A stretch of 64,000 nt of DNA, taken from positions 14,508,001 through 14,572,000 of the forward strand of contig NC_043020.1 in the NCBI RefSeq assembly GCF_006345805.1, given 5' to 3'. The position numbers and the translations under genes were made by a program. The notes under the pieces were generated by a model. The model saw only the letters and a list, made by a program, of their open reading frames with translations. It had not been told where the DNA came from and did no database searches. This DNA comes from Octopus sinensis (lineage: Eukaryota). Numbering within the stretch: the first letter of the stretch is position 1; the number at the start of each line of letters is the position of its first letter. Shown piece after piece: positions 51,103-63,036 of the stretch.

Positions 51103-51400
51103 GCACATGGCCTAGTGGTTAGAGCAGCGGACTCACGGTCGAGGGATCGCGGGTTCGAATCCCAGACTGGGTAATGTGTGTGTTTATGAGCGAAAACACC
51201 TAAGCTCCACACGGCTCCAGCAGAAGGTAATGGCAAACTTCTGCTGACTCTTTTGCCACAACTTTCTCTCACTCTTTCCTCCTGCATCTTGCAGCTCACC
51301 TGTGACGGACCGGCATCCAATCCAGGTGGGGAACCTATACGCCAAGGAAACCGGGAAACCGGCCCTTATGAACTGGGCATGGCTTGGGAAGGAACAAACA
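51103..51400 (+). mobile_element. SINE family B
   Basis: Colinear with 701-987. Confidence 0.85.
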
Positions 51401-51514
51401 ACAACACCATTTTTATGCCAGGGAAAAAAAATAAGGCTGATATATTTTGAGAATAGTTAGATTTTTTTCTGTCTATTAAGATTCAGATACTTTTTGACAG
51501 ATTTTTTTTAATAT

Positions 51515-51820
51515 CATCATCATCATCATCATTTAACAACCGTTGTCCATACTGGCATGAGTTGGATGGTTTGACCAGGGCTGATAAGCTGAAGGGCTGC
51601 ACTAGACACTAGTCTGATTTAGCCTGATATCTATGGCTGGATGCCCTTCCTAACGCCAACCACTCCGAGAGTGTAATAGGTACTTTTACATGCCACTGGC
51701 GTGACACCAGTGTCTACCACAACTATAATTTCACTCAGCTTGATGGGTCTTCTTCTCAAACATGGCATATTGCCAAAGGTCTTGATCATCTGTCATTGCC
51801 TCCACGAGGCTCAACACTCA
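51515..51820 (-). mobile_element. Family D retroposon, older
   Basis: (CAT)n tail plus family motif. Confidence 0.7.
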
Positions 51821-52169
51821 TTCCCATAGAAATGGTTCTATCTTCAATACAGAAACCTCAGTAAATTATTAATTCATCTCCAAAATTTTAATTATAATGA
51901 TTTCGTTGAGCAGACATATTCTAGCAGTGTGTGTTTACATTTTCTTGCAATTACCCAGTAGGATGTGGGCACAGTTTTTGGAGAAAAAGTATTTTTGCTT
52001 CTGAATCTCATTCAACCAACGGAAAACCTAGCATTTTCTCTTTCAATGCTTCTCATTATGACAGCAAAGTAATAAACTACTGTTATATGATGACTTAATT
52101 TGGCAGTGATGGCTATTTTCCATTTAACTTACCTGATTGACCAGCAGATAAACTGAAGAAGGTATAGAG

Positions 52170-52455
52170 ATCATCATCATCATCGTTTAACGTCCGTTCT
52201 CCATGCTAACATGGGTTGGACGGTTCGACCGGGGATCTGGGAAGCCAGAAGGCTGCACCAGGCTCCAGTCTGATCTGGCAGTGTTTCTACAGCTGGATGC
52301 CCTTCCTAACGCCAACCACTCCGTGAGTGTAGTGGGTGCTTTTTACATGCCACCGGCACAGGTGCCAGGCGAGGCTGGCAACAGCCACGATCGGATTGGT
52401 GCATTTTACGTGCCACCGGCATGGAAGCCAGTCAAGGCGGCGCTGGCATCGGTAG
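52170..52455 (-). mobile_element. Family D retroposon
   Basis: (CAT)n tail plus family motif. Confidence 0.85.
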
Positions 52456-53447
52456 ATATAAAAAGATTGGGTAGCTTTGAGTAACAAAATCTTTACTTGA
52501 TTAACTAGATTTAACCCTTTAAGCATTTAAATTAGCCATATCCAGCCAAAATATTCGACCTGTTTTATCTCCAAATCTGGTCTCTCAAACCAACCCTGCA
52601 ATGTCATTAAAAAAAAAAAAAAAAAACGATTACATCATTGAAATCTCAAAGCTGTGATATAGTGCATTATTGATTCAAAACAATGTGAATAAATAAGCAT
52701 TACATTCAACAAAGGATCTGAATGCTAATGGGGGAAGACATGGCAGTCACTTGTCTAAATAACGAAGCTCAATCCATAGATCCAGATATGACACCAATCA
52801 TCTCACCATGTTGGACCATTGAATTCTGCAGTTTTTCTCTCTCCATTTTTTTCCCTCTCAACCCTTTCTGTTGAAGAGCATAGGCTTGAAATGTAAAAGA
52901 CTTTTCTATTTTCCCTGAGTGTTAAACTAATACACCTGTTTGTTGTTCTGTTCCTACACCTGTCTTTGTCTTTCGTTTTCTGTAAATTTGAACTATATGA
53001 CATCTATGTAGGTTATGTAGAGATGTTAATAAGTTTTCGAATTGGAGATTTATTAATTATCAATTCATGTATTAAAAGATGTTCTAGTCTGGTTTCACTT
53101 TGAAGTGTAGCTTTCTTTGTTTAGAAATGCCTTTGTTTTATTTTAAAGTGTGTGTCTTTGTAAGGCAACAAACTGGCAGAATTGTTAACATGCCAAGCAA
53201 ATGCTTAGCAGCATTCCATCTGTCTTTACGTTCTGAGTTCAAATTCTGATGTGGTCAACTTTGCCTATCATCCCTTTGGGGGTTGATAAAATAAGTTCCA
53301 GTTGAGTACTGGAGTTGATGTAATTGACCAGTCCCTTACCTTGAACTTGCTGGTCTTGTGCCAAGATTTTAAATCAATATTTGCCACCTTGTCTAGCATC
53401 TTCATATTTCGCCAAATGTTCTATATTAACTTCCTTGATATTTTCAG

Positions 53448-53510
53448 CCAGAACTTGTGGCAGAAGAAGTTGCTCTTAAACAAAAGATCCGCCTGCTTTG
53501 TCTCATGGAG
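53448..53510 (+). CDS. PSMD13: PSMD13 exon 10
   Basis: PELVAEEVALKQKIRLLCLME; 63 nt. Confidence 0.97.
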
Positions 53511-53944
53511 GTAACTATCCTTTCTGTCTGTTCTTTATTTCAAAATTCTCTTCTATGTCCATGATGATACTTGTACAATTGTAGCATTTTGAGGTTTTCC
53601 TAACTTTTTCTCTGAATTTGAATAGTGTTGTCTGTTTATTTCTGCGAAGAAAAAGTTCTTTGCAATCTTTTTAATCTTTTTGTAAATTGATGAAAAAATT
53701 ATCTGTTGAAAATAAATGTATTTTCTTATTAAATTAACTTGATATGTGGCACATAAATTAACAAAATACATCAAGTGTTTTATATCATTAAAGTATTTCT
53801 ATTTAATTATTTCGCAAAATTCATTTAGAGTTTTTTTTTGTTTTAAATATTTTTTTTCAAAGAATATTTTTAGCCATGTTAGTTAACTGGGTTCACTGTG
53901 TTTTATAGAGTTGTCAAATTTGAAATCACATTACGAAACACAAA

Positions 53945-54545
53945 CTTTAAATCACATTGCTTGCCTGCTTGATGAGGTTGGGGTCATCCCAGCTTAGTGG
54001 TCCCTGAGACATCATGTGTAGAGCCAACCAGTCCACCAGTGCTCTCCATAGCTGGTGTTCCTGTGCCAGCCCCTCTGCATCCTCTAAGGTGATGTCAAGC
54101 CTCTGGAGATCTTCTCCAATTACATCCAGCCACTTGGTGCAGGGCCTGCCATGAGGCCTCTTCCATCCCACAGCTGCTGCATCAAATGAGAGTAAAGCCC
54201 TGGTAGGATAATTTAGTGGGAGACAGAGGACATGTCCATAACATTGCATGCAATGGATAAATGGTAGGAGGTTGCAGGCTGATCTGTGCACACATGCAGT
54301 TCTTTGCTGGAAATATGATGGCACTACCTGATGTCTTCAATAATTTTCAGGGCTCTGTTATTGAATGTCTTCGAGAAGGCCATTGCATTGTAATTGCAGA
54401 GCATTGTCTTCTGGGAGATAGAGCAGTAGTGCCAGAGGGCTTCCACAGGGAGTGCATGATCCCTGTGGCCAGATCACATTTGTGATTGATCTCTGGGTCA
54501 TTGCAAGCAAACAGTTCTGTACACAACCTGTCTTGTATCAAATTT
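53945..54545 (-). mobile_element. RTE-clade LINE ORF 3' remnant (frameshifted)
   Basis: YGHV...GWKRPHGRPCTKWLDVIGEDL...LEDAEGLAQEHQLWRAL. Confidence 0.8.
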
Positions 54546-55332
54546 AGGAACCAGAACTCGTATTTTATAGCAGAGTATCCAACCTATCTGTCAGAAGGGT
54601 CAGGAATAGTGTTTGGTGGTCGTGGATGGTTTCGAAGTGTGTCAGCACAAAGACATTCTTTGGTCACATTACCTTTCCCTTCGTTATCTAAATCCCAGGA
54701 ATTTATTGTCCTATGGTTCCAGAAGTGAGACCTTAGTCCACTTGCCATGTCATTTAGTGGATTTAACCTTCGTGGTTGGTTTTTGTAGCAAACAAGTAAT
54801 TTTTTATGGCTCAGTTTATCTGAAAGAAAACTGAAAATTCTCATGTGTTGTGTATATGTGTGACCATGATATTGAAACGTTCCAGATGGTGCGATTATCT
54901 AATAAGATAATCATCCTCATTTTATGTCTGCTTTCCATGCTGACAAGGGTTGGACAGTACATCACAGTCAGTTCTTTTACAGAGTTAGTATCCATCCTAG
55001 ATAGGTTGAAGGATTTTGTTTTGCTCTTACATTTTGTTAAGAATGATAAATTTAATATAAGTAACACAACAAGATTTCCTGCTTTTCAAGTTGCTGTTGT
55101 TGCAGAGACTAATGTGTATCATCAGACAAGGCGATTAAACTCTACTTATTTCGGCCAACTTACATGGTTAATAGTTCCAAGTTTGTCAGAGAAGGATTGT
55201 CTATGAGTTACCTACACATATCATTATTCTGTTTATATGTTGCAAAAACTATTTAGAAGTCCTCGTTATAAAAACTATTTAGAAGTCCTCGTTATAATCA
55301 CAAATAATTAACTAATTTCTTGACTTTTACAG

Positions 55333-55413
55333 ATGACTTTCAGCAGACCAGCAACTAGTCGTCAACTCTCTTTTGCTGACATTGCCAGAGAAGCTGATAT
55401 ACCTTTATATGAA
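55333..55413 (+). CDS. PSMD13: PSMD13 exon 11
   Basis: MTFSRPATSRQLSFADIAREADIPLYE; 81 nt. Confidence 0.97.
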
Positions 55414-55884
55414 GTATGGCTGTTTCTTCTTTGTCTCACCTACCTTTATTTTCCTTTTGCTGTATTTTAACCTTTTCAATGACTTAACCATAGAAAGTGG
55501 AGCAGCACTCATCAACCCTTTGTAGGGCTTCCTTTGGCCAGGGGGGAAAAAGGAGTAAGTTGTATTCAGACTGGACACTTGAGTTGAATGCTTACAACAA
55601 ACTTCACTCCACAAACCTTTTCCAAGGCCCAGGTGGTGGTATTAAACCAAACTGGATAAAGTCCACCCAACAAGAATGGGAATGGTCCCTAGACTTCCAC
55701 TCAGTTCCTTTGTACCCTGTTTTACTCATAAGGCTTTGGTTGATCTAAGGCTGTAATAGAAGACATTTTCACAAGATACTACACAGTAGAATCAAACCCC
55801 AAACTCCACAACCTTACCTGTACCCATTCATCTGTCCTGCCTATTCAGAATTTATCTCTTTCCTGTTTCCCACTATTATAGACC

Positions 55885-56128
55885 CAGCTGATGGCACCAC
55901 TGTGCCAGTGCCATGTAAAAAGCACTCATGCCAGCATCACAGGCGTGCATTTGTGCTGGTGCCACATTAAAAGCATCCAGCACACACTGTAAAAGTGCTT
56001 GGCACTAGGAATGACATCAAGCCAAATCAGACTGGAACTTGGTGCTGCTCTTCTGCTTGCCAGCTCTGGTTAAACTGTCCAAGGCATGTCATCATGAAAA
56101 ACGGACATTAAAGGATGATGATGATGAT
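55885..56128 (+). mobile_element. Family D-related retroposon, degenerate
   Basis: Ends ggacattaaaggatgatgatgatga. Confidence 0.6.
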
Positions 56129-56693
56129 AGAATCATGAAAAGCCTATATTATTATATTTCTATTCCAACATTTTGTGTAAATCAATCCTCATCATCTTCA
56201 TTGCTGTTATTTCTTTTTCCATGCTGTTATTGGTTGCATAAGTGTGCAATATAGTAAATCACTGTTAACCTCTGTGCTGCATTAACCCTTCCGAGATCTA
56301 ATCTCACTACTTCTTCCTGCCTGTTTTGGTCTCTCTATGACCTTCCACTGTCACAACAACAATCATTGTCTTACATTTCACATCTCTCCACATATTCAAA
56401 CTATCTTATGTAACATCATACTTCTTACACATGTTTAATATAATCTGTCTTTTGGATGGAGAGAGAACTGTTGTCAGCAGTTCTCCTTGAGTTACTATAC
56501 TTTCACTAAAATTAAAAATAAATTCTAGATTTATGTATGACTTACAAGATGCCAAAGAAGCTTGTCTACTTTTACATATGTAGCTTTTGCATATGCCTAT
56601 CGGTAGTTTTTATATACTGTGCCTTTATCATATTTTCAACAGATCTTTTCTTACCTGGCATCCAGTATTCTACATTTTAATGTTCAGATTTAA

Positions 56694-56904
56694 CTCTTTA
56701 GCATTCAAACGAGTCAAATCCTGTCCAAATATTTTCTATTTCATGTTCAAACTAGCAACATCCAACCTTTCACACCTACTCTATAATGTAATTCTAAAAA
56801 TAAAACAATCATACCAACAAAATCTTGAAGCTACAAGATAATGCATGACTAATTAACAACATGAAAAGATATATATCTGACAGAGTAATCTGAATGCTAA
56901 AGAG
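56694..56904. mobile_element. TTAA-flanked MITE (same family as 5181-5976)
   Basis: TTAA|CTCTTTAGCATTCA...TGAATGCTAAAGAG|TTAA. Confidence 0.8.
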
Positions 56905-57037
56905 TTAAAGCCTTCTATAAAAAATGGAACTGCATCTGGTTGTAGAGAGAGTAGGTGGTTAATACATGAGATGGATTCTTTTGTTTGCCTTCATTAAAAT
57001 GTTGAAACAGATTGTGTAATTTCTTCTATCATTTTAG

Positions 57038-57154
57038 GTTGAACCTCTTGTGATGAAGGCCCTGAGTTTGGGGTTAGTTTGTGGGCATATAGATCAAGTG
57101 GACGAGAAAGTTTACATGACCTGGGTGCAACCAAGAGTGTTGGATTTGACTCAG
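57038..57154 (+). CDS. PSMD13: PSMD13 exon 12
   Basis: [39 protein letters not shown]; 117 nt. Confidence 0.98.
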
Positions 57155-57369
57155 GTAAATATCAGTCTCCTAAGGGATTTTTTTTTTTCACTTTAAATCT
57201 TATTTACTGTTTACTGTTTACTGTTTAATCGAACCCCAGGTACTGTAGTTCTGCAAAGTTGTAAGTAAATGAAATGATCCTAAGTAAAAGGGTAAAATAT
57301 TCACTTTGGTCAGGAATGGCCATGGGATTGAACCTAAGAAGTTCACCTCTGAGGCATAAGTCCAGGCAG

Positions 57370-57614
57370 TGGAAGCCCGGCAGTTGTTCATGCATACCAG
57401 TTTCCTCTTTCCATGCCACTGATGTTATCCAAGGAGAAGGCCAATACAGCTTGGCACCAGTGACGTCGCAACTCATTTTTACAGCTGAGTGAACTGAAGC
57501 AACATGAAATAAAGTGTCTTGCTCAAGAACAACACACAGCCTTGTCCAGGAATCAAACTCACAACCTCATGATTGTAAGCTTGATGCTCTAACCACCGAG
57601 CCATGCACCTTCAC
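57370..57614 (-). mobile_element. Older tRNA-derived SINE
   Basis: Minus-strand head ggtgcatggctcggtggttagagcatc...gagtttgattcctgg. Confidence 0.65.
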
Positions 57615-58201
57615 ATCCAATGTTTTTGTAGCAAACAAGTAATTTTTTATGGTTCAGTTTATCTGAAAGAAAACTGAAAATTCTCATGTGTTGTGTATAT
57701 GTGTGACCATGATATTGAAGCGCTCCAGATGGTGCAATTATGTAATAAGATAATCATCCTCATTTTACGTCTGCTATTAACTATTTAGTCAATCACAAAT
57801 CATATGAGACAATGAAGACTTAGTATGATTTTCTACTCTCTTCATTTGTCTCGGTTCTGCTGGGTCTTTGCTTAGGACACATCACAACAGCTATTTTCAA
57901 AACTCCTGAACTATTTGATCGATAGCTGAAAACCTTAACTTCACAATCTTTTGTCAGGTCATTGGCAGCCAAACCTGAACCATTCCAAGGTTAGATAGAT
58001 GAGTTACCAGAGACTAAAGTAGGACAGTTGAATCCTGCATAGAGTTAACCATTATCTACTAATTGTGCAGAGTTAGAAATTCTAACTCAAAATCCAATAT
58101 ATCTTTATCAGAATTTTGGTGGTTACTGATGGTTGTTGCCTCTGCATCTGCCTCTATTGTGTGACAAGGTGGAGTAAATTCAGTCATTACATTATATCCT
58201 A

Positions 58202-58660
58202 CTAGCATTATGACCCGTCGTTGCCAGGTCATAGTGCTAGTGCATGTATAAAATGCATAGTGCTGGTGCATGTGTAAAATTTGAATGAAATTAGTTGTGT
58301 AGTTCTCAAGTTTTTGGGGAATCATAGTGGAGAAGATATGATATTGCTGTGCGCTCGCCCTAGGCAAAAAGTAAAAAAATTATTTTGCCGATGACACTCC
58401 CTGGACCCTAAGTAAGGCATGTGTAAAATTTGAATGAAATTGGTTGTGTAGTTCTCAAGTTTTAGGGAATCATAGTGGAGAAGATATGATATTGCTGTGG
58501 GCTCGCCCTAGGCAAAAAGTTAAAAAATTATTTTGCCGATGACACTCCCTGGACCCTAAGTAAGGCATGTGTAAAATTTGAATGAAATTGGTTGTGTAGT
58601 TCTCAAGTTTTAGGGAAACACACAGACAGACACACATTCTCAGTTTTATATATATAGAGA
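58202..58660 (-). mobile_element. Helitron-like element with ~148-bp internal tandem duplication
   Basis: Minus-strand start A|TCTCTATATATATAAAA; hairpin ending CTAG|T at 58201-58241; gcatgtgtaaaatttgaatg at 58268, 58417 and 58565. Confidence 0.65.
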
Positions 58661-58827
58661 TGGTTGGGCTGATTCTTTCGATTTGGCGACTTCCTGCTAA
58701 TTATGTCCCATGTATTGTTCATTTAACAAATTAATCATTGTTGATGAGAGACTTTGCTTCTTTTGTAGAAATACTTCTGTTGTGAATTAATTCAGCTGCT
58801 AATTTTAATAAGTTGTCTTTTGTTTAG

Positions 58828-58923
58828 ATATCAACTATGCAGAAACGCTTGAGTCAATGGAGTGATGATGTCAACCAAATGGAAATACTTTTGGAAGACC
58901 GAGCTCATGACATCCTCACCTGA
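58828..58923 (+). CDS. PSMD13: PSMD13 exon 13 (terminal)
   Basis: ISTMQKRLSQWSDDVNQMEILLEDRAHDILT*; 96 nt. Confidence 0.97.
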   Translation: MSTMQKRLSQWSDDVNQMEILLEDRAHDILT

Positions 58924-58970
58924 GCTATCCTATTACTTCTGTCATATCTTGCTATTATTGAACTCATAGA

Positions 58971-58976
58971 AATAAA
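58971..58976 (+). terminator. Candidate polyadenylation signal of PSMD13
   Basis: AATAAA 47 nt after the stop codon. Confidence 0.6.
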
Positions 58977-59071
58977 AACATCTCATTTATACATTAGATT
59001 TGCCTTTGGCTTTTTTTCTTTGCTTTGTATCAGAGATGAAAAGTATTACAGTAATCCCTCGACTGTCTCTC

Positions 59072-61057
59072 TTCTACTTGTTTCAGTCATTTGACTGTGG
59101 CCATGCTGGAGCACTGCCTTTAGTCGAGCAAATCGACCCCCAGGACTTATTCTTTGTAAGCCTAGTACTTAATTTATCGGTCTTTTTTGCCGAACTGCTA
59201 AGTTACAGGGACATCAACACACCAGCATCGGTTGTCAAGCGATGTTGGTGGGGGGGGACATATACACACACATACATAGACATATATACGACAGGCTTCT
59301 TTCAGTTTCCGTCTACTAAATCCATTCACAAGGCTTTGGTTGGCCCGAGGCTGTAGTATAGGACACTTGCCCAAGGTGCCACGCAGTGGGACTGAACCCA
59401 GAACCATGTGATTTGTAAGCAAACTACTTACCACACAGCCACTCCTTCTTTGTAAGCCTGGTACTTATTCTATCGGTCTCTTTTGCCGAACTGCTAAGTT
59501 ATGGGGACCTAAACACAACAGCAACGGTTGTCAAGCGATGTTAGGGAGACAAACACAGACAAACATTTCAGGCTTCTTTCAGTTTCCATCTACCAAATCC
59601 ACTCAAAAGGCTTTGGTCGGCCCGAGGCTATAGTAGACATACACATGACTGGTTTCTCCATGTCAAAACTGTGTGATAGTTATTACTGGACATTATTAAA
59701 TAACCACTTTAATTTCTAGACATTTAGCTCTGTGTTGAACAAGCAAACCTATACTCTTTTACTTGTTTCAGTCATTTAACTGCGGCCATGCTGGAGCACC
59801 ACCATTACTCAAGCAAATCAACCCCCCAGGACTTATTCTTTGGAAGTCTAGTACTTGTTCTATCGGTCTCTTTTGCCAAACTGCTAAGTTACAGGGGACC
59901 TAAACACACCAGCATCGCTTGTCAAGCGATGTTGGGGGGGACAAAAATATACACACATACATACGACAGGCTTCATTCAGTTTCTGTCTACCAAATCCAC
60001 TCACAAGGCTTTGGGCGGCCCGAGGCTATTGTAGAAGACACTTACCTAAGGTGCCACACAGTGGGAATGAATCCAGAACCATGTGGTTGGTAAGCAAGCT
60101 ACTTACCACACATTTCAGAAGTAACCATCTTGTATTTTATTTTTCCATACTAAATTATCTAATTTGTCCTTCCATTTTTTTTAACATACATGTAATTTGA
60201 GGGAGATTTGGCTGCTATTTCTAGTAGTTCAAACAATTATATAGAACAGTGACCTCCAACATGTAGGCTACACACTAATTTTATGTGACCCACAGTCATT
60301 CAGAGATTTTATCCTGTTGTTTGGATGTAAAAGTCTATTGTCGTTGCAACTGAATACAGAACTTGTTTAAATTTTTCACACACACCAAAGGTATAAAAGG
60401 CTATTCTATATTTAGATACACAAAAAGTTCACAAATTGTTGCTGGTATCATAGCTAATATTTTCCTATAAACATGACTATCTATTGTGTTAAATAAGCTG
60501 TCTAGAGTCAGTAACAAAAAAATTGCTTCAGTTACAGGGGCATGTGCCACCCTCAAGAAAAGAATTATGCCCTTTTCTCTTGGAATTGTATTTCCTTCTG
60601 ATCTTGTGCCCTCCCTTCGAAAAGTGCCTGAGTCATGTTGAAAAAAAAATTGTTTTCCCAAATTTTCACCCCAACACTCTTTTCCTTGTTTCAGTCATTT
60701 GACTGTGGCCATGCTGGAGCACCGCCTTTAGTTGAGCAAATCGACCCCAGGACTTATTCTTTATAAGCCTAGTACTTATTCTATCGGTCTCTTTTGCCGA
60801 ACTGCTAAGTTACAGGGACGTCAACACACCAGCATCGGTTGTCAAGCGATGTGGGGGGGGGGCATATACACACACATACATAGACATATATACGACAGGC
60901 TTCTTTCAGTTTCTGTCTACTAAACCCACTCACAAGGCTTTGGTTGGCCCGAGGCTGTAGTAGAAGACACTTGCCCAAGGTGCCACGCAGTGGGACTGAA
61001 CCCAGAACCATGTGATTCGTAAGCAAGCTACTTATCACACAGCCACTCCTACACCTA
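59072..61057 (-). mobile_element. Cluster of four family A SINEs (59072-59446, 59447-59637, 59755-60112, 60682-61057)
   Basis: All four are colinear with family A and in the same orientation. Confidence 0.88.
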
Positions 61058-61369
61058 TAAGTTGAATAAAAAAAAACTTACAGAATTATATTCATGTCTA
61101 TTATTAAATGATTAATAGAGGCAGTCAGCTGGCAGAATTGTTAGCATGCCAGACAAAATGCTTAAGTAGCATTTCCTCTGGCTTTACGTTCTGAGTTCAA
61201 ATATTGCCGAGGCTGACTTTGCCTTTCATTTCTTCTTTTTGGGGTTGATAATATAAAATACCAGTTGAACAGTGGAATTGATGTAATCAACTGGCTTCCA
61301 CACCAAAAGTTTCAAGTGTTGTACCTATAGTAGAAAGAATATCATGTGAAAATTATTAACCATCTTACA

Positions 61370-61743
61370 AACAAATAACTCTGAGCACCTTTTCAAACTC
61401 CACCCGTCTAACACCTGTGGACATATTTACAAAGGCAGAAAACAGCACAGCTGCCATGACTTTCGGAAACATTTTTTCATGCTGAGAGTTGCTGAAGCAT
61501 GGAACAAACTGCCGGCATCAGTTGTTAGTTGTTGGAGCGCTGCATCCTTCAAAACTTCCATGCTTTCTGAGATTCGCCAACACTACACCTGATTTTCTCC
61601 CCTCCATACACACGCAAGCATGTATCTGACTCATACACTGTTTGCTTTCCAGACATTTGTACATTACTGCATATACTCTATACACACTTTTGACAAGTTG
61701 TGGTGCACCGGAGTATTGTATACAATAATTTCATTATTATTAT
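61370..61743 (+). mobile_element. CR1-type LINE 3' end (second family)
   Basis: GHIYK.RKQHSCHDFRKHFF.LRVAEAWNKLPASVV (with a frameshift); (ATT)n tail. Confidence 0.82.
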
Positions 61744-62349
61744 TAGTAGTATAGCTTTTTCTAATAAAGTTTTCAAAAAAATTATAATGTTATTTAATTA
61801 TAAGTTTTCCTAAAATGTTTGACTTGAATAATCAAAAAAAGTGCATTATGATAACGAGTCTACGACTTGATCCATCTGACTTTAGATTTCATAAATACAT
61901 ATGACAGTCTTTTAATAAACAATTGCAGCATGGAAGGTATTTGTAAGCCATTTAAGACACACAAAAGCTGTTCGATTCACTTCAACATTTAAGTGCTGCA
62001 GCACAGATTTTTGTCAGTGAACAGGTCGCGGTCTTAAAGCGACGAAAATATTTTGACAAATTAAACTTAAATGTTGAATTGAATCGAACGGCTTTTGTGT
62101 TTCTTAAATGGCTTACAAATACCTTCTACGCTGCAATTGTTTTCGTTTCAGCACACAACCTCAGATCAAATCACTTGCTATGCAAGTACATCTCCGTAAG
62201 TCTTTTAATAATTTTTACTATAATCATTATAAATGCCAGTGTCAAAGTAAATGGAAAATTAAGGATGGGAACATATGTATTTTGTAACAGAGGTGACAGA
62301 ATACAAGGGTTAATATCACTGCATACTATTACAGTACGTAAAGAGTATA

Positions 62350-62680
62350 ATCATCGTCATCGTCGCTTAACGTCCGCTTTCCATGCTAGTATGGGTTGGA
62401 TGATTTGATTGAGGACTGGCGAACCAGATGGCTGCACCAGACTCCAATCTGATCTAGCAGAGTTTCTACAGTTGGATGCCCTTTCTAACGCCAACCACTC
62501 TGAGAGTGTAGTGGGTGCTTTTATGTGCCACTGGCACAAGGGCCAGTCAGGTGACGCTGGTAATGATCATGCTTGAATGGTGCTTTTTTTATATGCCACC
62601 GGCACGAACACCGGTTAGCTGCTCTGGCAACGATCACGCTCGGATGGTGCTCTTAGTGCTCCACTAGCACGGATGCCATG
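62350..62680 (-). mobile_element. Family D retroposon
   Basis: (CAT/CGT)n tail plus family motif. Confidence 0.8.
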
Positions 62681-62819
62681 TTGGAGGGTATTAGGAAACT
62701 ACACACACGATGAAATTTGCAATGGAAAAATATGAGAGGTAAGCAACTTAAGTTGGCCCTGTTAAAGCAACAAAACATTTTTTTTTTTAGTATAAAACAA
62801 GTGAAATGATTGTAAGAAC

Positions 62820-63036
62820 AATGGGATGCTGAAAAGTCCTGGCTTTAAGGGTATCACGAAAGTCCTCGTTGGAGACCCAACCTGACAAGTTCTTTTACAG
62901 GGCTTAGAAAAAATGAAGAACTGCTGCAACAAGTGTGTGAATCTGAGAGGGGAATATGTTGAATAGAATCATAATTAACTGATCCCCCTGTATTTTCTTT
63001 TACTCAAAGCCAGGAACTTTTCCTCATCCCCTCATA
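62820..63036 (+). mobile_element. Mariner-derived MITE retaining the transposase C-terminus
   Basis: TIR-like gggatgctgaaaagtcctggcttt / aaagccaggaactttt; internal LQGLEKMKNCCNKCVNLRGEYVE*. Confidence 0.75.

Larger units (their letters stand above)
31748..58923 (+). other. PSMD13: 26S proteasome non-ATPase regulatory subunit 13 (Rpn9) gene, 13 coding exons, 378 aa
   Basis: Spliced ORF of 1137 nt: MPKDIAAYL...KLWHQLT...LYENFISDFEHRIN...[11 protein letters not shown]...[16 protein letters not shown]...KIRLLCLMEMTF...[11 protein letters not shown]...[10 protein letters not shown]...AHDILT*; PCI-domain motifs; all junctions GT-AG. Confidence 0.98.
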
